Source: Escherichia coli (GTDB lineage Bacteria > Pseudomonadota > Gammaproteobacteria > Enterobacterales > Enterobacteriaceae). Taken from it: DNA of 64,000 nucleotides. The stretch is taken from assembly GCF_036507355.1 (NCBI RefSeq), contig NZ_AP027877.1; one strand, 5' to 3'. Numbering within the stretch: the first letter of the stretch is position 1; each line of letters opens with the position of its first letter. The notes under the pieces are model-generated. The model saw only the letters and a program-made list of their open reading frames with translations. It made no database searches and had not been told where the DNA came from. Positions 37,249 through 45,206 of this stretch are shown here, in pieces. A program made the translations under genes and the position numbers.

Positions 37249-37504
37249 TGGAGCACCTCAAAAACACCATCATACACTAAATCAGTAAGTTGGCAGCATC
37301 ACCCGCATCAGGATGGGAAATAGGGTAAAAAAGTAAGGAACTTCGATACCTCTACTACAGTGAATATTTTGCTGATGATACTTCCCTTTGCCAAATGAAA
37401 TTAACCTCTTTCTCTATTACCGCGTTTTTCCAGAAGCAAGAGATTGGGTATCAAGAGGCTGGCTGCTATGATATGGCGTCTTGTTTTTTAAGCGAGGAAA
37501 GATT

Positions 37505-38260
37505 TTGAGTGCGGGACGCCTGAATAAAAAATCTCTGGGTATCGTGATGTTGTTATCGGTTGGACTGCTTTTGGCGGGCTGTTCGGGTAGCAAATCATCC
37601 GATACAGGAACGTATTCCGGCTCCGTTTACACCGTGAAACGGGGGGATACGCTATATCGTATTTCGCGCACCACGGGAACCAGCGTAAAAGAACTGGCGC
37701 GACTGAACGGCATTTCCCCCCCTTACACTATTGAAGTAGGTCAGAAACTAAAACTGGGTGGGGCGAAAAGTAGCAGTAGTACACGTAAATCAACCGCCAA
37801 ATCAACGACTAAAACCGCATCGGTTACACCGTCATCAGCGGTACCGAAATCTTCCTGGCCGCCAGTAGGGCAACGTTGTTGGTTATGGCCAACGACAGGG
37901 AAAGTTATCATGCCGTATTCGACAGCAGATGGCGGCAATAAAGGGATTGATATCTCAGCTCCACGGGGTACACCTATTTACGCCGCGGGTGCAGGAAAGG
38001 TGGTGTATGTGGGCAACCAGCTGCGTGGCTACGGTAATCTCATCATGATTAAACACAGTGAAGATTACATTACGGCTTACGCCCATAATGACACGATGCT
38101 GGTAAATAATGGGCAAAGCGTGAGGGCTGGGCAAAAAATCGCCACCATGGGGAGCACGGATGCGGCATCTGTTCGCCTGCATTTCCAGATTCGTTACCGT
38201 GCAACGGCAATTGATCCGCTACGTTACTTGCCGCCGCAGGGCAGCAAGCCAAAATGCTGA
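37505..38260 (+). CDS. ygeR: LysM/M23-peptidase lipoprotein YgeR
   Basis: ORF 37481-38260; TTG at 37505 gives 251 aa MSAGRLNKKSLGIVMLLSVGLLLAGCSG (lipobox); LysM YTVKRGDTLYRIS. Confidence 0.85.
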   Translation: MSAGRLNKKSLGIVMLLSVGLLLAGCSGSKSSDTGTYSGSVYTVKRGDTLYRISRTTGTSVKELARLNGISPPYTIEVGQKLKLGGAKSSSSTRKSTAKSTTKTASVTPSSAVPKSSWPPVGQRCWLWPTTGKVIMPYSTADGGNKGIDISAPRGTPIYAAGAGKVVYVGNQLRGYGNLIMIKHSEDYITAYAHNDTMLVNNGQSVRAGQKIATMGSTDAASVRLHFQIRYRATAIDPLRYLPPQGSKPKC

Positions 38261-38338
38261 TGGCGAATTAATCAGCAGTCAGCAGCGCGGCACTTGCTAA
38301 GGAGAGCGTAAGGTTTATAATGCCTTACGCATCTCGAA

Positions 38339-38412
38339 GCGGGCGTAGTTCAATGGTAGAACGAGAGCTTCCCAAGCTCTATACGAGGGTTCGATTCCCT
38401 TCGCCCGCTCCA
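38339..38412 (+). tRNA. glyU: tRNA-Gly (anticodon CCC)
   Basis: GCGGGCGTAGTTCAATGGTAGAACGAGAGCTTCCCAAGCTCTATACGAGGGTTCGATTCCCTTCGCCCGCTCCA, 74 nt with encoded CCA. Confidence 0.95.
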
Positions 38413-38546
38413 TGACCTTTCTTAAAGTACTCCAACCTACTGAATCCTAAGGGATACGGCTTTAAGCCTTCCGCTAGTTTTACTCACTGTAACCAACACT
38501 GTAACTAAATTTGTTGAAATAGTGAGCAGACTTAAGATCTCAGTAC

Positions 38547-40178
38547 ATGCTCAACTCAAAAACCTATCTTTATCAGCGCAATGGCGTCTTTTATATCCGC
38601 CTCAGGATGAAGTCCACAGATCGCCTGACCGTTTCACATCCTTCCCATAGCCGTTATAAAATAGCGTCAGTATCACTACGGACTAAGGATAGACGTACAG
38701 CTATGGCTTACTCACGGCAAATCAAGGCAGCACTTAGGGCAATCCATGCAGACAGACCCAACGCCTCCTATGAGGAAATGAGGGAACACCTGAGGGACAT
38801 CGCAGAGTGGGAGTTGTCTACAGGTCGTTCAGACCTCTTCGAGCCAGATATGAGAGATCTATACCGTGACCAGTATGGGGAAGTGGGAGAGAATCTTGTC
38901 CATGCTCTGGCAAGCGAGCCACTGACTATTGACCAGCATCGCTATATTAATGAGGCTCTTAATGTACTCAAGGCCTGCATGAAGCGCATTGAAGCGGGAG
39001 ATAGCCAGCCACTTATAGATTATATAGATGGATTTGATGCTGCTGCTGGGGCTAATGGCCAAGCCTCTGCAACTCTATCTGTTAGTGCTCCCCAAAAAAC
39101 AAGCATTACTGAAGGCAAACACTGCGTAACCGTTGCTTCTCTCTTTGAGCAGTACGAGCAGGAAAACGCCCAGAACTGGAAGCCAGCAACATTACGAGAA
39201 AACAAAGCTTCTCATGCTGCGTTAATCGAAGTTTTTGATTATCTGGGCCTCAATGCTGACGCCAATGTGTTAGCTCGTGCGGATATGCTTAGGGTTCGGG
39301 ATATCCTCCAGCAATTGCCGAAGAATCGTAAGCAGCGTTTCAAAGATGTTCCGTTGGTTGACCTGCTAGGTCGTGAGGATAAAACCGATTGTCTGGATAT
39401 TGTTACCATCAATAATAAATATCTCATTAAGATGGCGGCTGTTTTCAAGTGGGCCGTGCGTAATGACCTGATTAAAAAGAATATGACAGAAGGGCTAGAG
39501 CTTAAGGTTCCCCAGCGTAAAGCCTCTGAGGCGCGTAATGCTTTCTCTACGGAGCAGGTAGGACAACTACTGGCTGCCGCCCAAGTTTACTCACAGAGAC
39601 CTTCTGGTAAGCCGTATCATTATTATGTTACCGCCTTGGCTGCTATCACTGGGGCGAGACTCAATGAAATAGCCCAACTACAGGTCAAAGACGTCAGGAC
39701 CACTGAGGCGGGAACCGTTTATATTCATATCAATGAAGACGATAGTAGTCTACCCGGTAAGAGCATCAAGAACGCTCATAGTGACCGCTGTGTGCCTCTG
39801 GTCGATGGGGCCTATGGTTTTATATTGGCTGACTTTATGAGGTTGGTTGAGACCCGTAGAGGCGCTGATGGTGATGACGCTATGGTGTTCGATGGTCTTC
39901 GCCTCATGAAGAACGGTTACGGTGAGCAGGTGAGTAAATGGTTTAATCGGACGTTGTTGCCTAAAGTCCTCGCAGACCGTAGCGGCTTAGCGTTTCACTC
40001 GTTTAGACATACAGTTGCGACCCAGTTAAAACAACATGGGGTCGAGTTGGCGTATGCACAGGCGATCATGGGGCATAGTTCAGGGTCTATTACTTACGAC
40101 CGTTATGCTAAAGAGGTTGAGGTTGATAGACTGGTCAATGTGATGGCTGATGTTTATAAGGAGGTTGTGGCCCCTTAA
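38547..40178 (+). CDS. Tyrosine recombinase/integrase, unusually large (island 1)
   Basis: 543-aa ORF starting 135 bp after glyU; C-terminal HSFRHTVATQLKQ...AQAIMGHSSGSITYDRYAKE resembles catalytic R..H-x-x-R/Y box. Confidence 0.75.
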   Translation: MLNSKTYLYQRNGVFYIRLRMKSTDRLTVSHPSHSRYKIASVSLRTKDRRTAMAYSRQIKAALRAIHADRPNASYEEMREHLRDIAEWELSTGRSDLFEPDMRDLYRDQYGEVGENLVHALASEPLTIDQHRYINEALNVLKACMKRIEAGDSQPLIDYIDGFDAAAGANGQASATLSVSAPQKTSITEGKHCVTVASLFEQYEQENAQNWKPATLRENKASHAALIEVFDYLGLNADANVLARADMLRVRDILQQLPKNRKQRFKDVPLVDLLGREDKTDCLDIVTINNKYLIKMAAVFKWAVRNDLIKKNMTEGLELKVPQRKASEARNAFSTEQVGQLLAAAQVYSQRPSGKPYHYYVTALAAITGARLNEIAQLQVKDVRTTEAGTVYIHINEDDSSLPGKSIKNAHSDRCVPLVDGAYGFILADFMRLVETRRGADGDDAMVFDGLRLMKNGYGEQVSKWFNRTLLPKVLADRSGLAFHSFRHTVATQLKQHGVELAYAQAIMGHSSGSITYDRYAKEVEVDRLVNVMADVYKEVVAP

Positions 40179-40179
40179 G

Positions 40180-40225
40180 GATGACCATAGGCGATGACCA
40201 TAGGCGATGACCATAGGCGATGACA
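40180..40225 (+). repeat. 3.5 tandem copies of 13-bp unit GATGACCATAGGC
   Basis: Exact tandem copies at 40180, 40193, 40206 plus partial; start 1 bp after integrase stop. Confidence 0.9.
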
Positions 40226-40330
40226 CTTGCTACTATTCCTATGGTCCCCTTTGTGGTCCTATGTGGTCCTGTGTGACCCTTTGTGTGGTCATGTTTTGAC
40301 TCATAGTTTTCACTACTTGTCAAGCATATT

Positions 40331-40353
40331 TAATACGACTCACTATAGGGAGA
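40331..40353 (+). promoter_or_regulatory. Phage T7 RNA polymerase promoter, exact consensus
   Basis: TAATACGACTCACTATAGGGAGA = 23/23 match to T7 -17..+6 consensus; predicted +1 G at 40348; faces the KilA-N gene. Confidence 0.8.
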
Positions 40354-40585
40354 AGGGACACAAAAAGTTTTCTCTCTCTGTCTCTCTCTATGATGACACT
40401 TGCTACTACTTCAGGTAGCTTTAACTCTAACCGTAACTTATCGCATCCTTTCAGGGGCGGGATGACCAATTACAGACACCAAGCGTTCTACTTAAAATGA
40501 ATGCTTCCTGTGTGCTCTGGGTCAGTCGATAAGTGAATAGCCTTAGACATCATATTAATTATGGTCTCTAACCCCTACAGGGGCT

Positions 40586-40729
40586 TAACTTTAAGTATTA
40601 ACTTATAGTCTACTTAAAGACACAATTAAAGATTAACTTAAAGTATTAAATTATAGATTAATTAAAGACCAATTAAAGAGTAACTTTAAGTATTAACTTA
40701 TAGTCTACTTAAAGACACAATTAAAGATT
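40586..40729 (+). repeat. AT-rich iteron-like array: two identical 49-bp direct repeats with a degenerate copy between
   Basis: TAACTTTAAGTATTAACTTATAGTCTACTTAAAGACACAATTAAAGATT at 40586-40634 and 40681-40729. Confidence 0.9.
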
Positions 40730-40922
40730 GACTCTAAGGGAATACCTTAAGAGGTGATGATATTCATAATAATCAATCACCAAACCTATAGGTCTCCTCA
40801 AGGCATTACCCAGAAGCTAACTGTATGGCCCTGTATGGTCCTGTACGCCATTCTTTAGGATGCCATGTAGTTTCGTATGGCCTGATGCCTAGCGTGGCTC
40901 AGAGACCCTCCCAGTAGTAAAT

Positions 40923-40945
40923 CAATACGACTTACTAATAGGAGA
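40923..40945 (+). promoter_or_regulatory. Degenerate T7-like promoter (5 mismatches)
   Basis: CAATACGACTTACTAATAGGAGA retains the AATACGACT core; function uncertain. Confidence 0.3.
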
Positions 40946-41157
40946 CACACTCCGAACCACTCACCACGTGTCTCTCAAAGTTCCACCTCTCGCGCTTCAC
41001 CATACAGTAGCTCCGCACAGCTACGACACAATCATTCATTCAATCTCAAAGTCATTCTGTTTGCATCCTGTTGTCCTGCTGGTCTCCCTTCGCTTGGGGA
41101 CTTTGAGTGGGCCAGTAGGGGGCGGTTTAGTGTGCATATTTAAAAGGTAACCAAGCA

Positions 41158-41721
41158 ATGAACAATAAACATAAACATGCAGGTCATATTATCACTATTG
41201 AAGGCCACAGCTTTAAGTCTAATGAGTCTGGCATGTGGAATCTTACAGAAATATGGAAAATCCTCGGATTACCTAACAATAAGCTACCCTCTCAGTGGCG
41301 CGGCAAGGTAACAAAGAGGCTCACCGACATGCAAAAAATGCACGTCGAGAAGATTGGTATTGAAAGCATAACCTACGCAGACAAACAGGCTACCCTCAAG
41401 TATGCAGGATGGGTCTCTGAAGATTTCGAGGACATGGTCTATGCAGCCTTTGAGGCTATCCTTGAGATGCCTGAAGTTGCCACGGTCGTTGCTAATAAGA
41501 TGGTCGAACTTGGCTATCACGCTGAAGCTGAGCTATTGGAACGTCATAAGGACGACTATAGAGAAGCTATGCAGACCCTTAAAAAGATTGGTAAACGTGT
41601 TGACGGCAGGAAGCCTGAGCGCATCTACAAGGCCGTACTTAACGGTAATCTGACGAAATTTCAAGGGTTATCCATGATTTCTCGCAGCAGTGTCTGGTAC
41701 GCCCGAACAGTGAATCTATGA
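41158..41721 (+). CDS. KilA-N-like DNA-binding domain protein (island 1)
   Basis: 187-aa ORF; N-terminal IITIEGHSFKSNESGMWNLTEIWKILG ... ATLKYAGWVSEDFEDMV resembles KilA-N/anti-repressor N-domain by eye. Confidence 0.5.
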   Translation: MNNKHKHAGHIITIEGHSFKSNESGMWNLTEIWKILGLPNNKLPSQWRGKVTKRLTDMQKMHVEKIGIESITYADKQATLKYAGWVSEDFEDMVYAAFEAILEMPEVATVVANKMVELGYHAEAELLERHKDDYREAMQTLKKIGKRVDGRKPERIYKAVLNGNLTKFQGLSMISRSSVWYARTVNL

Positions 41722-41844
41722 TGGCTATCGATCACGATAGATGCCAGCGATCAATTTCAGGTTACCGATCGAAACAAACGATCAGCACGATGGTTGCAAT
41801 CGGATATCATATTGACACTTGTCTGACATCCTGAAGGTATCAAT

Positions 41845-42318
41845 ATGTTTGGGCTTTTTAAGAAAAAGGCAAAAGCGGAAAGGTGTTATGATGTAACACG
41901 CATTCAATACGAGCTGGTTGTAATGTCATCTAAGCTGATAAAAAAACAGACCGATATGTTCAAAGTAATAAAAGGGGAGCGAGAGGAGGCTTTAGGAGAC
42001 CCTTTATTATCAGCAGGGTATATAACGCCATGGGTCATTGGATATTGCACTGGTCTCCTGGATGCAGTGACTCAGACGGAGGCTAACAGGATGGCATTTA
42101 CATCAGAAATGCTTGGGCTTCTTTTTGCTGCAGTTTTCGGTGATGATAAGTCTCTTGAGGCCATGGGAACTTATATAGCCTGTAACGAAGCCTCCTCACC
42201 AGACCATGGATTTCATGTTACGTATGAGCTTTATATGTCTGGTCTAGCGAAAGCGTTTAATGAGGTATGTGAGGATAAACCTGCGATAGGACTTCTGAAC
42301 TATTTAATGCAGGATTGA
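41845..42318 (+). CDS. Hypothetical protein (island 1)
   Basis: 157-aa ORF downstream of KilA-N gene; no family recognised. Confidence 0.45.
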   Translation: MFGLFKKKAKAERCYDVTRIQYELVVMSSKLIKKQTDMFKVIKGEREEALGDPLLSAGYITPWVIGYCTGLLDAVTQTEANRMAFTSEMLGLLFAAVFGDDKSLEAMGTYIACNEASSPDHGFHVTYELYMSGLAKAFNEVCEDKPAIGLLNYLMQD

Positions 42319-42584
42319 AAATTTCCCACAAAAATCTCAGTGCCTATCTAACAGTAATAACCCTGCAACATTCCCCCGTATACCTCCAGAAGTTATCCAG
42401 AAGCCGAAGTAGGTATCCTGTCATGTATTTGAATCATCAAAGTTGTTCGTTCTATTCCTCTTTAGGGAATATTACAGCCCTACAGCCTTGACCAGAGATC
42501 ACTTGATGTGTAACCATAACTGTAACCAAAAGGATTCATCATCCTTTAAGAAACAATTGGTTAGTGAGTGATTGTCTTCGATAC

Positions 42585-42607
42585 TTCGATTCCCTTCGCC
42601 CGCTCCA
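42585..42607 (+). repeat. Direct repeat of glyU 3' end (att site duplication between island 1 and island 2)
   Basis: TTCGATTCCCTTCGCCCGCTCCA identical to 38390-38412. Confidence 0.9.
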
Positions 42608-42771
42608 AACTCAAGTCTCCTGAAGTCTACCAAACTCAATTTTTCCTTGATAAATCAGCAGTTATAGCTTTCTATTAGTCTATTGAACTCAATTGTACTC
42701 CCCCAGGGTCAAGCTCAATGTGGGGGTATGGATGGGGGTATAATTGTACCCCCTGCTGAGAGGTACCCCCA

Positions 42772-43998
42772 ATGAAGCTGACTGCTCGTCAGGTTGAAAC
42801 TGCGAAACCCAAAGAGAAGCCCTACAAACTGGCCGATGGTGGTGGGCTTTACCTGCTGGTTAATCCCAACGGTAAAAGATACTGGCGTCTCAAATACCGT
42901 TCGTTAGGTAAAGAGAAGCTGCTCGCTATTGGCGTTTATCCCGATGTTTCTTTAGCTGAGGCCCGAAGTAAGCGTGAGGATGCTAAAAGAACATTAGCGG
43001 CTGGCAACGATCCCTCTCTTGAACGAAAAATTGAGAAACTTAGTCGTCAACAAGACGCTGAAAACTCGTTTGAGGCTATCACACGGGAGTGGTATCAGCG
43101 TCGCTATGACCGCTGGTCTGTCTCCTACCGCGAAGAAATGCTGAGAACCTTTGAGAAAGATGTATTTCCTTATATCGGTCACAGGCCAATCAAAGATATC
43201 AAGCCGATGGAGTTGCTTGCAGTTCTTTCAAAGATAGAAGCACGAGGGGCAACAGAGAAAGTCCGCAAGGTTCGTCAGCGTTGTGGAGAGGTCTGGAAGT
43301 ATGCCGTTGTGACTGGGAGGGCCGAGTACAATCCAGCACCTGATCTAGCCAGCGCCGTGAGTCCTCATGAGAAAGAGCACTATGCTTTTTTAACCCAGGA
43401 TGAATTGCCTGAGTTTCTTCGGACTCTGAACGCCTATGCCGGTAGTGTGCTTGTTAAGATTGCGATGCAATTGCTCATTTTAACAGGAGTAAGGCCAGGG
43501 GAGTTGAGGCAAGCGGAGTGGCAGGAGTTTGATTTTGAGAAAAAGGTTTGGAATGTACCAGCGGAACGTATGAAAATGCGCCGCCCTCATCTTGTTCCAT
43601 TATCAAGCCAGGCAATTGACCTGCTTAATCAACTTAAACCCATAACGGGAGCAGGAGCGTTATTATTCCCAGGACGTAATAATCCTAAGAAACCGATGAG
43701 CGATATGGCATTGACTGTGTTGGTCAGGCGTATCGGCTATGCCGGGCGCGTTACAGGGCATGGATTCCGCCACACGATGAGTACCATTTTGCATGAGCAG
43801 GGATTCAACTCGGCCTGGATTGAGTTACAGCTGGCTCACGTCGATAAGAACTCAATTCGTGGGACGTATAACCATGCTCAATATTTGGAAGGTCGGCGGG
43901 AGATGATGCAGTGGTATGGAGATTTCATCGGTCAAGCAGGCAAATCCGGATCATCGCTAGCTTATGCAGCTATTAGCTTGACTGCTGAATTAGAGTGA
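42772..43998 (+). CDS. P4-type tyrosine integrase (island 2)
   Basis: 408 aa; N-terminal arm-binding MKLTARQVETAKPKEKPYKLADGGGLYLLVNPNGKRYWRLKYR; C-terminal GHGFRHTMSTIL...LAHVD...YNHAQY. Confidence 0.9.
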   Translation: MKLTARQVETAKPKEKPYKLADGGGLYLLVNPNGKRYWRLKYRSLGKEKLLAIGVYPDVSLAEARSKREDAKRTLAAGNDPSLERKIEKLSRQQDAENSFEAITREWYQRRYDRWSVSYREEMLRTFEKDVFPYIGHRPIKDIKPMELLAVLSKIEARGATEKVRKVRQRCGEVWKYAVVTGRAEYNPAPDLASAVSPHEKEHYAFLTQDELPEFLRTLNAYAGSVLVKIAMQLLILTGVRPGELRQAEWQEFDFEKKVWNVPAERMKMRRPHLVPLSSQAIDLLNQLKPITGAGALLFPGRNNPKKPMSDMALTVLVRRIGYAGRVTGHGFRHTMSTILHEQGFNSAWIELQLAHVDKNSIRGTYNHAQYLEGRREMMQWYGDFIGQAGKSGSSLAYAAISLTAELE

Positions 43999-44008
43999 GA
44001 AGGGGCAA

Positions 44009-44056
44009 GTTGAGCCTCTTCGCTGAGAAGAGGCTCAACGTGAACCTATTTTTTTG
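44009..44056 (+). terminator. Intrinsic terminator after int2
   Basis: Hairpin gttgagcctcttc-gctga-gaagaggctcaac followed by T-run. Confidence 0.65.
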
Positions 44057-44195
44057 GGAGTTAATACTTTTTGCAATTTTTTTTTTCGTGCCGTTGGATG
44101 TAAAGATCTGTGGGGGTTAGGGAAGAAAATCATGCTATGTTAGTCTTTGAGGAGTGAGTCAAAATGTTATAACTTTTTCAAAGAGGCGTTACATC

Positions 44196-45131
44196 GTGAA
44201 AGTCGTTTTTAATGTTAATGGTAAAAAAGTTCCGCTCAAATCTCTGCAATATATAAGTAAAGCAAATCAACTCGAAGTTATGCGGAATTGGTTTTTTGAG
44301 AATTTTGAAGATCCCGCGAACTCTTGCCCGTATGAATCCCGTGAAGGCGGGTATGCTTACATTTATGGGGGCCCATACGAAGCAAGTGAAGAGTTGCAAG
44401 CGATGTTTGAAGGACACGTGAAATTTGATTATATCCAAGAATTAGTCAATGAATTACAAGAACAGTGCTATGAATGGTCTGGTAATTCAAATAATATTAA
44501 TGATTGGTACGATGAAGACTTGTATGATGCTGTTACATCTTCTGAACATCCTTTTTCTAAGTTCGTTGAAAGCATTGATGGAATAAAATTGCTGTCTAAA
44601 GGCGAATTTAAAGATAAACAAAAAGATCATCTGCTTAGCATCCTATATATTAATGTCATTACAGCCCTGGAAACACTTTATGTTGAGTTATTTATTAACT
44701 CTATAGATAAAAACGACTCATATCTTGCTGACTTTATAGAAAAAGGTAAGACGGAATTTAAGGTAAATAAAGGAATATTGGCTTTGCCATTCAAAGGAGA
44801 AACTATTGAAAACATGAGGGCGCAATTAATTAAGGTAATTAAAGAGCATTTGATTAGTGCAAGTTGGCATAGTACAAACAAAGTTGTAGGACGTTATAAA
44901 GCTACATTTGATATAAAAGTACATAAAGAGTGGCCAATAGATGTGATCGAAATAGCAACTCAAAAGCGTAATCATTTAGTCCATCGTGGCGGGAAAGATA
45001 AAGAAGGTAATTCGGTAGTGATTACTGAACAGGATTTAGAAATGTTGCTGGATCACGCACAATCTCTTGGAGAAAAATTGTTTGATAGCCTTGAGGTGGC
45101 ATTACAGAAAAAAGATGAGAATGAATTTTGA
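44196..45131 (+). CDS. Hypothetical protein with HEPN-like Rx4H motif (possible abortive-infection RNase)
   Basis: ORF 44154-45131; GTG 44196 preferred (AAGAGG 9 nt upstream); motif KRNHLVHRGG near C-terminus. Confidence 0.4.
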   Translation: MKVVFNVNGKKVPLKSLQYISKANQLEVMRNWFFENFEDPANSCPYESREGGYAYIYGGPYEASEELQAMFEGHVKFDYIQELVNELQEQCYEWSGNSNNINDWYDEDLYDAVTSSEHPFSKFVESIDGIKLLSKGEFKDKQKDHLLSILYINVITALETLYVELFINSIDKNDSYLADFIEKGKTEFKVNKGILALPFKGETIENMRAQLIKVIKEHLISASWHSTNKVVGRYKATFDIKVHKEWPIDVIEIATQKRNHLVHRGGKDKEGNSVVITEQDLEMLLDHAQSLGEKLFDSLEVALQKKDENEF

Positions 45132-45182
45132 GTCTCGGGGTAGGTTGATAGTGCTACCGATAACGAGCAAGCAAATGATACT

Positions 45183-45203
45183 CGGCAGGCAGTGCCTGCC
45201 GGA
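45183..45203. terminator. Bidirectional terminator hairpin between convergent genes
   Basis: cggcaggcagtgcctgccgg palindrome between stops at 45131 and 45207. Confidence 0.5.
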
Positions 45204-45206
45204 GGA

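Larger units (their letters stand above)
36536..37302 (-). mobile_element. IS1 insertion sequence (about 767 bp)
   Basis: Terminal inverted repeats ggtaatgactccaacttattgatagtg (36536) and ..agtaagttggcagcatcacc (37302) bracket insA and insB; flanking 9-mers differ (no target-site duplication). Confidence 0.95.

Noticed and set aside
40331-40353. T7 promoter as cloning-vector or synthetic-construct contamination
   Set aside because: No lac operator, vector RBS/MCS, T7 terminator or plasmid backbone follows; the promoter is embedded in native-looking island DNA with an integrase, att duplication and phage-like repeats. Still worth a vector screen.
40389-40499. Short ORF (about 36 codons, MMTLATTSGSF...) just downstream of the T7 promoter +1
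   Set aside because: No Shine-Dalgarno and no recognisable product; the transcript is more likely a non-coding leader or primer, but this is unverified.
40180-40729. Tandem and direct repeats as a CRISPR array
   Set aside because: Units are 13 bp tandem without spacers, or 49 bp AT-rich copies about 95 bp apart; no cas genes nearby.
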